Notes under the pieces: model-generated
The model's database searches: none
What the model was told of the DNA's origin: nothing
What the model saw: only the letters and a program-made list of their open reading frames with translations
In this document: positions 39,104 through 47,926 of the stretch, piece after piece
How positions within the stretch are numbered: position 1 is the stretch's first letter
Layout: each line of letters starts with the position of its first letter
Program-made: the position numbers and the translations under genes
NCBI GenBank assembly: GCA_022601645.1
Contig: JAJACH010000002.1
Coordinates: 445,696-509,695, forward strand
DNA: 64,000 nt
From: Chlamydiia bacterium
GTDB taxonomy: Bacteria > Chlamydiota > Chlamydiia > Chlamydiales > Simkaniaceae
Reading direction: 5' to 3'

Positions 39104-39523
39104 TTAATAGGTGGGGTCCCACTTATAGGTGATGCCACCGATTTCTTTAGTGCGGTACACCCAGTCATCTTTGTTTTCACGAAGGAGACGATCGCACCCC
39201 ATGACATAGCCTTTGAAAAAGCCGTGGCGGCGCATGGCGAGCAGCATGTAGCGTGCTGAGGTGGGACGAAAGTGGGAGCGGGGGCCGTCTGCTGGTGAGA
39301 TGATGTTTTGGTGGAAAAGGATGACTTTTTCGGCCATTTTGGTCAGGCGACTTTTCCGATCTGTAATGGGAGGGATGAGCGATTTTTCAGCGGGGGCAAG
39401 TGCGCTGTCTTTGCCCCATGGCGCTTCGTAGCCAGGGCGCGCTATGAGGCTAGAAGCCGTAGCGCAGAGTAAGCACAGGGTAGAGGCCTTGGCGCCCCAT
39501 AATGGAAAAAGCTTTTTTCTCAT
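39104..39523 (-). CDS. YidD-like domain protein with a signal peptide; the conserved cysteines are replaced
   Basis: VILFHQNIISPADGPRSHFRPTSARYMLLAMRRHGFFKGYVMGCDRLLRENKD aligns to the YidD core (FYQxxISP...CRFxPTCSxYxxxAIxxHGxxKGxxLxxxRIxRCHP), but all three Cys positions are Ser/Ser/Glu. The start was chosen at MRKKLFPLWG (39523). Confidence 0.55.
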   Translation of the reverse strand: MRKKLFPLWGAKASTLCLLCATASSLIARPGYEAPWGKDSALAPAEKSLIPPITDRKSRLTKMAEKVILFHQNIISPADGPRSHFRPTSARYMLLAMRRHGFFKGYVMGCDRLLRENKDDWVYRTKEIGGITYKWDPTY

Positions 39524-40382
39524 ATAGTCTCTCATTATAGAGTTTTGCGGCTTCTCCTGCACCATAAATTCCCCCGAAGTACCAGCCTGACTCAAAGCTT
39601 GTGGTTATGAGACCTGCGGCGACGTGGCCGTTTCTGAAAAACTGGACAGCTGCTGTAATAAAGAGCGCGTTTAGGAGAAAGGAGGTGGCAGCGGTTTGTT
39701 TTTGACCGACGTAATAGTAGCCAGCGCCTGGAAAGAAGGTGTTGAGGAGTTGCGCGCGTGAGACGAGTTTTTTCTCGGCTTTATATTCGGTGACGAGTTC
39801 TGCTAGGACTTCTTCATCGGTGGAGATTTGGGAGATGGCGTCGATGTGGCCTGTTGCAAAAGCGGTTGAGACTTCGAGCTTCTTGGCAGTTTCGGGGTAG
39901 CGCTCGTCGATGCATTCTAAGATGGCAAGGGCTTCTTCTTCCTGATCGGTCTTCAAAAAGCTTTCGTAAAGGATGACAAGAAAGTCGTGGTAAGCGGGAA
40001 AACCTGGTGTGACTTGTCTTAATTTTGAATGGTTATAGATGTAGATCACATCATCGTAGCGTTTGGCCAGGTAGTAGCAATAAACGGTGTAGTATTGCAC
40101 TTCCATAAGACGGGAGACGCGATCTTTCGGGATAAGGATTTCGGTACGCTTAAACGTTGAGATGGCGCGGTAGAGATCGAGCTCTTTTGCAAAGTGCATG
40201 GCGATTTGGTACTCAGCGCCCCACTGGGTATTTTTTTCAACAGCGGATAGAGGGGGAAAGGCGGGGGGCAACGCTTGGATGTAGCCATCTTGGACGGTAT
40301 AATCAAGTTGGGGTTCTAATTTGTCGGGAACACGGTAACAAGCAGTTAGTACTAGAAATACTGTCAGTAAAAAATAGCGCAT
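39450..40382 (-). CDS. Lipoprotein with a TPR-like helical domain and C-terminal hydrophobic helices
   Basis: Lipobox-like MRYFLLTVFLVLTAC, helical repeats, and C-terminal segments (FFPGAGYYYVG, FLLNALFITAAVQFF, GWYFGGIYGAGEAA). Confidence 0.6.
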   Translation of the reverse strand: MRYFLLTVFLVLTACYRVPDKLEPQLDYTVQDGYIQALPPAFPPLSAVEKNTQWGAEYQIAMHFAKELDLYRAISTFKRTEILIPKDRVSRLMEVQYYTVYCYYLAKRYDDVIYIYNHSKLRQVTPGFPAYHDFLVILYESFLKTDQEEEALAILECIDERYPETAKKLEVSTAFATGHIDAISQISTDEEVLAELVTEYKAEKKLVSRAQLLNTFFPGAGYYYVGQKQTAATSFLLNALFITAAVQFFRNGHVAAGLITTSFESGWYFGGIYGAGEAAKLYNERLYEKKAFSIMGRQGLYPVLTLRYGF

Positions 40383-40406
40383 GAAGTGATACTAGCACGG
40401 ATGTTT

Positions 40407-43400
40407 TTACATGTCATCTGGTGTTTTAACAAGCTCGATCGCGCGATCAAAGTCTTCTTTGTATGGTGCTTGTTCTCTAAAGAGATCTTCTTGAGCATCG
40501 GTGATGTCTTGGTATTCTTCGAAAGTATGGATGATTTGAGGGTAGATGAAAATGATTGTATTGCCCGTATTAAATGAGCGGTTATTTTTAGCAAACGCTG
40601 CGCCAAGAATGGGTAAGGACCCTAGGCAGGGAATTCCAGTTTTAAGGCGATCTGTTGTGTCATTGACTTGTCCAGAAAGAGCTAAGAAATGACGATCGGG
40701 CATCGTCACGCGTGTTTGTGTTGTTTTCTTTGCAGTGCGAATTCCCGTTAGTTGAGCTGTTGAGATATCTTGATCATCACCAATGTTCGTCGCTTCTGTG
40801 ATTTCTTCATCGATTTCTAGAGTGATGATATCACCAGAGCCAAGAGTTGGAGTAATGATGAGTTTTGTGCCTACGTCGCGGTATTCTACACTGTTAGCCG
40901 TGATGTTTCCGGCATTTTGCTGAGTTGTGACAACAGAACCTGTATAGGGTAAGTTTTGACCAATAAAGATGGTCGAGGTCTGGTTGTCTTGAGTGATGAT
41001 CTTTTGATTCCATACAGAGACGGTGTCTTCTGTGGCTTTTACAGCGTTGATAAAGTCACCGAGTCCAATGTAACTTTTTCCATGGTGAAGGATGATATCA
41101 CCAATCACTCCAAGAGTTCCTCCGGAAGGTAATGGGATATTTTGTGCACTTGGCCGAGTTGAAGCAGTTAGCCCTCCGACAGCTGTATCCTGGAACTGGT
41201 TATCAACCTCCTGTGATGGTTGAGTGGGGAACGTTCCTGTTTTCCAAGCTAAGCGTTTTTTGTAGTTGCCTTGGCTTTGCCAAAGTAGCTCGATGTCTAA
41301 TGAATCAGTGCTTGTGGTTTCAATCACGAGCACTTCGATCATGACTTGTCTTAGGGGGACATCAAGACCTTTAATCAACTCACGGAGTTTTTCAAGCGTT
41401 TGCGCGTTTCCTGAGCCGATAAGGGAGTTGGTAATTTGGATCCACTGGATTGAGTTAATTGAGCGGGCAATGGCGCTTTCCTTGCCTTTTGCTTCACTTT
41501 GCGAAGTCAGGTCAGCTGCAAGGCCTTGGAGAGCCGTTTGGATGTCAAGCCCTTGGTGGTATTGCAACTTGTAAACGAGGAAAGAGGTGTCGTCGATGGT
41601 TTCAATGGAGGTTGTGGGATGATCACCTTTTTCGCCAACGACGTCAAAACGCTCTAAGAGTTCTTTCACTTTCGTTGTGGCTTCTTTTGTCCCGGAGATC
41701 AAGATCGATTGTGTTTTGGGCATCCATTTGAGGTTGTTGATCACCTCGATGAGCTCTTGGTCTTCAACGCCTGAGGTTGAGAGATTTTGCTCAAAATCGT
41801 GGAGGATCTGAATGAGCTCTTCGCCGGATTGATGTTTTGGCTTGTAGACGAGATAGGTTTCAGCGGGGGTAGATCTTACATCTGCAAGATCGATCACATC
41901 GAACTTTTTGACAATCGCTTGGACTTTCTTAAGTGTGTCTTCTGTTCCTGTAAAGACGACTGAATTGGTCTCTGGAACATAGCGCATATTATTGAGAGCT
42001 TCGATCAGGTGTTTGTCGGGATTCGGGGACTTTTTCAAGTCAGAGGATAGCGCTTTTAGGTGTTTTGAAAGTTGCGGCCCTGTGATGTATTGGAGTTTGT
42101 AGATGAAAAAGGTGGTTTGTCCAATCTTCTGAATGGGCTTTGCGGCATCGGGATTGTCGAGTGTTTTTAAGAGCTCTTTAACCTTAGCAATTGAGTCAGG
42201 CTCGCCTGTGAAGAGAAGAGATTGGCTAGATTCGACGGTGCGCACGGTCAAGATGGTATTGATGAGACTTTGATCAGTAAGACCTGCAGCTTTTAAGTCT
42301 TCAGCGACGGTTAAAAGCGATTCTTTGAGTTCTGCAGGTGGAGCATACGTGGGCTTGTACATGAAGAAGTTAGAGTTATCGCTGATATCGCCTTTGGGGC
42401 GGACGATGTCAAATTGTTTGATCAGTTCGATGACTTCTTTAATCGTATCGGGTGTGCCCGTGACGTAGATCGAATTTGTTGACTTGATGTAGCGCAGGGT
42501 GTCTATCGATGCGACAACAGGATCTGCTTCTAAACCAGAGCGCTGCATATTATCAGCAACTTGCTTGAGCTCTTTAAGGATTAGGTTTCCTGGAACATTC
42601 TCGACCTTGTAGAGTTCAAAGGTTTGCCTTCCGTGGGCCATGTCTTTCCCATCTAAGATCATTAGATAATCTTTGATACGCGCAATCGTACTGACAGAGC
42701 CTTTGAAGACAAAGGAGTTTGACTCGGGAAGGTATTGCATGTTCTCGATCGAAACTTTTACCGGATCAGTTTTCGTTAAAGAATTTTCGAGTTGACTAAG
42801 CCCTTCAGTCAGTGTTCTTCTATTGGTATTTTGAATCCTGTAAATATAGATTTCTTGGCGCTTAGCTTCTGTGACATCAAGCGTTGGAATAAGAGCTTTA
42901 AGACGATCGATGGTTGTCTTATTACCAATAAAGGTCACAGCGTGAGACTCAGAGGACCATTTAGCGGATTCAATCGATTTTAAAAACCCTTCGTCAGCAA
43001 GCCCTGCTTTTTTTAAGTTTTTTCCCATCTCAGTAAGAGCTGTCATAAACTCTGAGACATTGAGATTTTTGGGCGTGTAGACATAGAAGTCTGACTTTAA
43101 GAGATTGGATTTGTCATCGAGCTCTGGCAAAAGTTCTTTGACCCGGGCAATCGCGTTTTTGTCGCCGGTAAATATCACCGAGTTAGAGTCTGGAACGTAT
43201 TTTAATGTTTCAAGCGTCTTAATCAAATTCCGATCAGGATTATACGATTTTTTCAATCGATCGATGAGGCTGTTCACCTCATCTGTGAGCACTTGAGGGG
43301 TAACGCTTTTCAGCTTATAGATGTAAAAGTCAGCCGTTGTTTCATTCTTCTTGTCAAGTTCAGGCATCAGCTGTTTGAGTTTGTCAATCGAGCTTGCAGG

Positions 43401-44660
43401 ACCTGTAAAGACCATTGAATTCGTGTCTTGAATCCATTTCATGCTGTTTAGTGTCGCAATCAGGCCTTCGTCTGGAGTCTTAGCGGCTTTTAATCTAGTT
43501 GTAAGTTGTTCAACAGAGTCTCTAAGTTCGTCAGAATCTGCATTTTTGATCTGATAGATGTAAAACTTGCTTGTTGATAAATCTTCATATTTTTTCGCTG
43601 TTGCCGTATCGAGTTCTGAGAGGAGGATTTTGATTTCGGTGATTGCTTTTTCAGAGCCGATGAAGATGAGTGAGTGGCTTGTTTTATTGTAGCGCATTGA
43701 GGTGATCAGTTCGCTTAAATCGGTCGGTCTTTTAGATTCTTTAGTAAGGGTTGTAGCGACCTGTTTTAGCGAGTTGATTAAGTCTTCAGGTGACTGGTGG
43801 TTGATTTGGTAAACAAAGACATTTTTGCCGGTGAGCTTGATGTGTTTTGCAGTTGGCGGAATATCAAGTAATTTGAAAATGTCTATTGCTTGACTTAAGA
43901 GGTAGGGGGTTGTGACGATGTAGGCTGTATTGGTCTCAGCTTGTGGGACAATGATGAGAGGATTACCGTCTCCAAGCGGCGTGAGAACTTGTTTGAGCAC
44001 GGGGATAAGCATTTCAACGGATGCATCTTTTGCCTGATATTTTCCAACAGCGAGGGAATTTGAGGGGGCGTCAAGGGTTTCAAGCAGGTCGGCAATTTTG
44101 ACAACATTTGCGACAAGGTCTGTGACGATTAAATGCCGTGTTTCTGATGAAACTTCGATTAAAGCATCTTTTGAAAGCATGGGTTTTAAGACATGCGCAA
44201 TCGAATCGGGATTGCCCTTTTCGATGAAAAAGACGCGTGTGACAAGCGGTGGGATGTGCTCACTGTTAAAGGGGCGCTCTGGTGAAATGACATCGGCTAA
44301 GTGTCCCATGCCATCATTACCGTGAATGATGAGGTTTGATCCATCTTCTGTGAGCTGCAAATTATTAATGCTTAAAACTTGTAAAAACGCTGTCATGATA
44401 TCGGCTAAGCTAGTTTGCCTTTCTGAAACGATAGTGACATTGAACCCAAGTTCTGCTTCGTTGTAGAGGAAGTTAAGTTTTCCAATTTTACTTAAGAATT
44501 TAACGACTTCAATGGCGGAGACATCCTTAAAATTCACGGTGTAACCTGGCTCTTGATCGAGCTCACGTAATACCTGTTCAAACTTTGGGCTTGCAGGTTT
44601 ATCAGCGCATAGAGGAATCGCTCCGATGAGAAGCAACAAAAACATCAAATGTTTTGCCAT
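40407..44660 (-). CDS. cdsC: T3SS outer-membrane secretin SctC (CdsC), strongly expanded (1417 aa)
   Basis: Signal peptide, an N0-like domain (YTVNFKDVSAIEVVKFL), many Secretin_N-like modules, and a C-terminal secretin core (VMIEVLVIET..., GIPCLGSLPILGAAF). It sits next to pkn5 as in Chlamydia CT673/CT674. Confidence 0.9.
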   Translation of the reverse strand: MAKHLMFLLLLIGAIPLCADKPASPKFEQVLRELDQEPGYTVNFKDVSAIEVVKFLSKIGKLNFLYNEAELGFNVTIVSERQTSLADIMTAFLQVLSINNLQLTEDGSNLIIHGNDGMGHLADVISPERPFNSEHIPPLVTRVFFIEKGNPDSIAHVLKPMLSKDALIEVSSETRHLIVTDLVANVVKIADLLETLDAPSNSLAVGKYQAKDASVEMLIPVLKQVLTPLGDGNPLIIVPQAETNTAYIVTTPYLLSQAIDIFKLLDIPPTAKHIKLTGKNVFVYQINHQSPEDLINSLKQVATTLTKESKRPTDLSELITSMRYNKTSHSLIFIGSEKAITEIKILLSELDTATAKKYEDLSTSKFYIYQIKNADSDELRDSVEQLTTRLKAAKTPDEGLIATLNSMKWIQDTNSMVFTGPASSIDKLKQLMPELDKKNETTADFYIYKLKSVTPQVLTDEVNSLIDRLKKSYNPDRNLIKTLETLKYVPDSNSVIFTGDKNAIARVKELLPELDDKSNLLKSDFYVYTPKNLNVSEFMTALTEMGKNLKKAGLADEGFLKSIESAKWSSESHAVTFIGNKTTIDRLKALIPTLDVTEAKRQEIYIYRIQNTNRRTLTEGLSQLENSLTKTDPVKVSIENMQYLPESNSFVFKGSVSTIARIKDYLMILDGKDMAHGRQTFELYKVENVPGNLILKELKQVADNMQRSGLEADPVVASIDTLRYIKSTNSIYVTGTPDTIKEVIELIKQFDIVRPKGDISDNSNFFMYKPTYAPPAELKESLLTVAEDLKAAGLTDQSLINTILTVRTVESSQSLLFTGEPDSIAKVKELLKTLDNPDAAKPIQKIGQTTFFIYKLQYITGPQLSKHLKALSSDLKKSPNPDKHLIEALNNMRYVPETNSVVFTGTEDTLKKVQAIVKKFDVIDLADVRSTPAETYLVYKPKHQSGEELIQILHDFEQNLSTSGVEDQELIEVINNLKWMPKTQSILISGTKEATTKVKELLERFDVVGEKGDHPTTSIETIDDTSFLVYKLQYHQGLDIQTALQGLAADLTSQSEAKGKESAIARSINSIQWIQITNSLIGSGNAQTLEKLRELIKGLDVPLRQVMIEVLVIETTSTDSLDIELLWQSQGNYKKRLAWKTGTFPTQPSQEVDNQFQDTAVGGLTASTRPSAQNIPLPSGGTLGVIGDIILHHGKSYIGLGDFINAVKATEDTVSVWNQKIITQDNQTSTIFIGQNLPYTGSVVTTQQNAGNITANSVEYRDVGTKLIITPTLGSGDIITLEIDEEITEATNIGDDQDISTAQLTGIRTAKKTTQTRVTMPDRHFLALSGQVNDTTDRLKTGIPCLGSLPILGAAFAKNNRSFNTGNTIIFIYPQIIHTFEEYQDITDAQEDLFREQAPYKEDFDRAIELVKTPDDM
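41361..43820 (-). repeat. About ten tandem 75-90-aa Secretin_N-like coding repeats inside cdsC
   Basis: Units start at aa 281, 366, 445, 525, 604, 681, 765, 851, 936 and 1027. Each follows the pattern F-x-[IV]-Y-x...(NS/TNS)-[ILV]-x-F-x-G...[LI]-x-x-[LF]-D, for example FYIYQIKNADSDEL...DTNSMVFTGPASSIDKLKQLMPELD. Confidence 0.8.
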
Positions 44661-44702
44661 GTTCTCATCCTATTACACTTAAAATGTTTTTAGCAAGAAA
44701 CG

Positions 44703-46286
44703 TTATCGAATTCTTTGAATGGTGAGCACCCCGTGATGACAACTTTGGTCATTCGAGGGTCCAGAGAGCTTTCTAAAGAGGGATTCTGCTTGTTTTTCTG
44801 GCGATAAATTTCGGTATTCTTTGATGAATTCTGGAAGGGATGCGGTCGCTTTTTCGTTTGTAAAGGTGTGAAAATGCAAAAGATCGCCTTCGTTCCATCC
44901 ATCTTTTAGGGCTTCAAAGGTATTTTCTGGGATTTCACCGAGTTTTGGATGATCGTTTTGCAAAACGCGCGCATCTTGACTGCCGAAATTTGTATGATAC
45001 GCATGCTCAAGTCCTAAAAGGGCTAGCGAGAAATCTTCGCAATCAGCAGAGAATAAAAGGGCACCAAAACTTGAGCTTGGAAGATAAGAGCTTTCATAGA
45101 CGAGCTGATTTAAGTCGTGCAAGAAGGAGGGGAGGTTGATTAAAACGGTTGAATCGTTATGCGCTTTTGCAAAAAGCGTTTGAATCATGCCTTTGAGTTG
45201 TCCTATATAGGCGAGGGCTTCAACTTCTCTTGTATCAAACTCACCCATGTAGATGAAGTGTTCTCCACTAGGAAATTTGAGGAAATCATAAAAAAGACCG
45301 AGTGAGGCGATATTTTTTGCAGAGCTTAGGCCAATATCGACCTGTGACCATTTGGGGAGACTAGGAGGGAGGAGTTTTGCGTGTGAAGCTGATACTTGTT
45401 CGAGTACTTCTGCGACTTCATCGCCACTTGGGCGATCTTTTTTCATGCTATCGGATTTTAAATAATTCGAAACGTCAGTGATAAAATCGACGATATCTTG
45501 ATACCGATCGTCAAGACTTGGTTCCAAACACTTTTTGATGATTCTTTGCATGCCTTTGGGTAAGAGGGCGAGTTGGATGGTGCCGTAACTTAAACGGCCT
45601 AAAATCAGTTCGTAGGTGATGACTCCTAGGGCATAAATATCTGTTGCAAATGTGACGCTTTTTGGGTCTTGCTTTTGCTCGGGGCTCATGTAGCTGGGCG
45701 TACCAATTAGCTGGCCGGGACCGCCTTTTAGAGCGCTGCCTTGGTTGATAAGCTGAGAGATTCCAAAATCAATGACTTTCACCTGTCCATCTTCTGCAAT
45801 CAGAATATTTTCTGGCTTTAAATCTCTATGGATTACGCCATGAGTGTGTAGATGTAAAAGCGCATAAGCGACTTGTAGTGCAACTTCGAGTGAACTTTTT
45901 AGCGAGAGGGTTTGCTGATTGATAAATTGCTTAAGCGAAATGCCCCCAATAAATTCCATGGCGATATAGAGGCCGTTTTCCCATTCGCCTTGGCCATAGA
46001 GTTTGATGATATTGGGGTGATCTGTCATGGAGATTACTTCAGCTTCACTTAAAAATTGGGAGACAACCTCTGGCATGGATGCAAAGCGGGGAGATAGGAC
46101 TTTAACAACGATATGATCGCCTGTTTTTGGATGTAATCCAAGGTACAAGATGCTCATTCCCCCTTTTGTGAGAAGGCTTTCTATCTTGTAGGGACCAATT
46201 TTTGCAGGAAGCTCTTCTGTTTCAAACGTTTCTTCTCTCGCAACATGGGGAAGGGTGTCTTGTGTGTAGAAGTGCTCTCCGCTCAT
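44703..46286 (-). CDS. pkn5: Ser/Thr protein kinase of the T3SS cluster (Pkn5-like)
   Basis: Kinase subdomains are intact: VVKVL (Lys), HRDLKPENIL, VIDFG and YMSPEQ, followed by a C-terminal ~250-aa domain of unknown type. The start at MSGEHFY (46286) lies 4 nt after the cdsQ stop. Confidence 0.85.
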   Translation of the reverse strand: MSGEHFYTQDTLPHVAREETFETEELPAKIGPYKIESLLTKGGMSILYLGLHPKTGDHIVVKVLSPRFASMPEVVSQFLSEAEVISMTDHPNIIKLYGQGEWENGLYIAMEFIGGISLKQFINQQTLSLKSSLEVALQVAYALLHLHTHGVIHRDLKPENILIAEDGQVKVIDFGISQLINQGSALKGGPGQLIGTPSYMSPEQKQDPKSVTFATDIYALGVITYELILGRLSYGTIQLALLPKGMQRIIKKCLEPSLDDRYQDIVDFITDVSNYLKSDSMKKDRPSGDEVAEVLEQVSASHAKLLPPSLPKWSQVDIGLSSAKNIASLGLFYDFLKFPSGEHFIYMGEFDTREVEALAYIGQLKGMIQTLFAKAHNDSTVLINLPSFLHDLNQLVYESSYLPSSSFGALLFSADCEDFSLALLGLEHAYHTNFGSQDARVLQNDHPKLGEIPENTFEALKDGWNEGDLLHFHTFTNEKATASLPEFIKEYRNLSPEKQAESLFRKLSGPSNDQSCHHGVLTIQRIR

Positions 46287-46290
46287 GAGT

Positions 46291-47421
46291 TTATCCAACC
46301 TCGTCGATTTTGACACCGACCATATCACCGACTTCAATCAATTCGCCGCGGGCAATGATCTTGCCTCCGACAGTGAGGTTGACTTGTCCGCTGTTTTCGA
46401 GACCACAATCGAGCACGTTGCCTGGCTTTAAACTTAGGAGTTTATCGAGGTTCATTTTCATCCGGGAGACCTCAACGACAATTTCTAAGGGGACTTCGCC
46501 AACGGCACTTAATTCTTCTTGCTGAGCGACCATTTCATCTCCTGTCTCGCTCATCATTTCTTCTTGATGCTCAGCCATCGCTTCTTCTTCATGTTCCATC
46601 TCATCCATGGGGCTATCCTCTAATATGACGGCAAAATCGAGAACTTTAAGCTCGCCGTCTTTGAGCTTAACCTGAAACAAGGGAGTGCCTTCAAGGGTTA
46701 ATTGAAGCATCCCTTTTTCTGTTGAGGGGTGGTAAGTTGTTTGATCAAGTAGAACAAAGTCTCCGACCTCAATCTCTTTAAAATCTTCTAAGTCAAGAGA
46801 GACCCTACCGGCATTGAGCGCAATCGTCACGCTGGCTTCTTGAGCAACTGGTGAGCCGTGAAGAGGTGGCATGTGGTTTTTGTAGTGATCAAGGATTGCA
46901 CTGTGAAAGCTTTCGGGGAGCACTAAACGACACCAGATGGTTTCACTTTGATGCATCAGGGCAACATCAACTGTATAAGCGCTTTGTTTTGTAAACGGTG
47001 CATCATCAATTTTTGGGGAGAGTTGGTGAAAAATCGCTAACTGGTCGGTTGATGCGAGTGCATGGAGCGTTGCAAATTCAAAAAAGCCTTTTTGCAAATC
47101 TTGATCGGTAAACGTTTCAGAGCCAAGCATCCATGTTGAAAGACGTGTTAAATCTTCTTGGGGGATGACGAGGAAACAGGGATCTGTTAGGGGGGTTAAG
47201 TTGATAGCAATTTTTGTTGGATCGGCTCCAAGTCCAGAGGTGAGTTCGTGTTGATCTCTCCAATTTGATTTCCCAACGTTTAAAGTGAGATCCTCGATTT
47301 CCAAAGAGGTTTTAAGTTTTTCTGTAAATTCATCCCAAGGAAAATTGGGGACTTCGCCCCACATAGGAACGAGTTTAGATGCTGAAACGATCGATTCGAT
47401 TTTTTTCGTGTATACGTTCAT
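46291..47421 (-). CDS. cdsQ: T3SS cytoplasmic sorting-platform protein SctQ (CdsQ)
   Basis: C-terminal SpoA/FliN-like domain (LSLKPGNVLDCGLENSGQVNLTVGGKIIARGELIEVGDMVGVKI). It sits between the ruler genes and pkn5. An alternative start at 47364 would avoid overlap with the upstream gene. Confidence 0.8.
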   Translation of the reverse strand: MNVYTKKIESIVSASKLVPMWGEVPNFPWDEFTEKLKTSLEIEDLTLNVGKSNWRDQHELTSGLGADPTKIAINLTPLTDPCFLVIPQEDLTRLSTWMLGSETFTDQDLQKGFFEFATLHALASTDQLAIFHQLSPKIDDAPFTKQSAYTVDVALMHQSETIWCRLVLPESFHSAILDHYKNHMPPLHGSPVAQEASVTIALNAGRVSLDLEDFKEIEVGDFVLLDQTTYHPSTEKGMLQLTLEGTPLFQVKLKDGELKVLDFAVILEDSPMDEMEHEEEAMAEHQEEMMSETGDEMVAQQEELSAVGEVPLEIVVEVSRMKMNLDKLLSLKPGNVLDCGLENSGQVNLTVGGKIIARGELIEVGDMVGVKIDEVG

Positions 47422-47926
47422 CTTTATTCCGTAGGCGTTTGTTTTTGCTCAGCATAGACGACTTATCAAATTGTGACAAGAGCGCCGGCTGTGCAATGTG
47501 ACAGGTGATATGAGGAAGTGCTGCTTTTAATGCTTCTTGAAGGGCAGAAATATTTGATCCGAGAAGAGCGACGGCTTCTGGATGGGTTAAAAGTTCAATG
47601 TGAAATTGATTTGCTGCCATCGGATCTGTTTCAACGACAATTTGCGTGCCTGCAAAAAGGCTTTGCTGCCCAACGGTAAGCGTTGTCGAGGTGCCTTCAT
47701 CTCTAATATGTGTTTCGATAAGTTCTGCAACTTCTGCAATTGCAGCTTCTAAGGAAATATCGTCTTGGACCTCAAAGGCAGTTTGTTGGAAAATTGAGGC
47801 TTGAATGGGTTCTTGTTCTTTCGGTTTGTCTTTTTTAGGCTTGTAGACTTCTTTGAAATTTCTCTTAGGGGGGGGCGGTGTTCTTTTTGTTTTTGGCAGA
47901 TTATCAGGTATTTCAGTGATCTTCAT
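47375..47926 (-). CDS. Second T3S4 (FliK/SctP C-terminal)-like domain protein, paralogous to the CdsP C-terminus
   Basis: TSTTLTVGQQSLFAGTQIVVETDPMAANQFHIELLTHPEAVALLGSNISALQEALK parallels CdsP TTTTVQVSIPGSVFDGSSIVLTQSDTARGSYNLQFQGTPEAIEVFNQNVAELAAALQ. ATGA overlap with the cdsP stop. Confidence 0.55.
   Translation of the reverse strand: MKITEIPDNLPKTKRTPPPPKRNFKEVYKPKKDKPKEQEPIQASIFQQTAFEVQDDISLEAAIAEVAELIETHIRDEGTSTTLTVGQQSLFAGTQIVVETDPMAANQFHIELLTHPEAVALLGSNISALQEALKAALPHITCHIAQPALLSQFDKSSMLSKNKRLRNKDERIHEKNRIDRFSI

Noticed and set aside
37953-39314. An IS element or transposon as the cause of the ~0.2-kb direct repeats
   Set aside because: There is no transposase- or integrase-like ORF and no terminal inverted repeats between or beside the repeats. 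The repeat is far longer than a target-site duplication and is itself a gene fragment. A segmental duplication or recombination event fits better.
39524-39595. The longer N-terminal extension of ORF 39104..39595 (start at 39595)
   Set aside because: It would overlap the upstream TPR-lipoprotein gene by 146 nt. The internal ATG at 39523 gives a typical signal peptide (MRKKLFPLWGAKASTLCLLCATASS).
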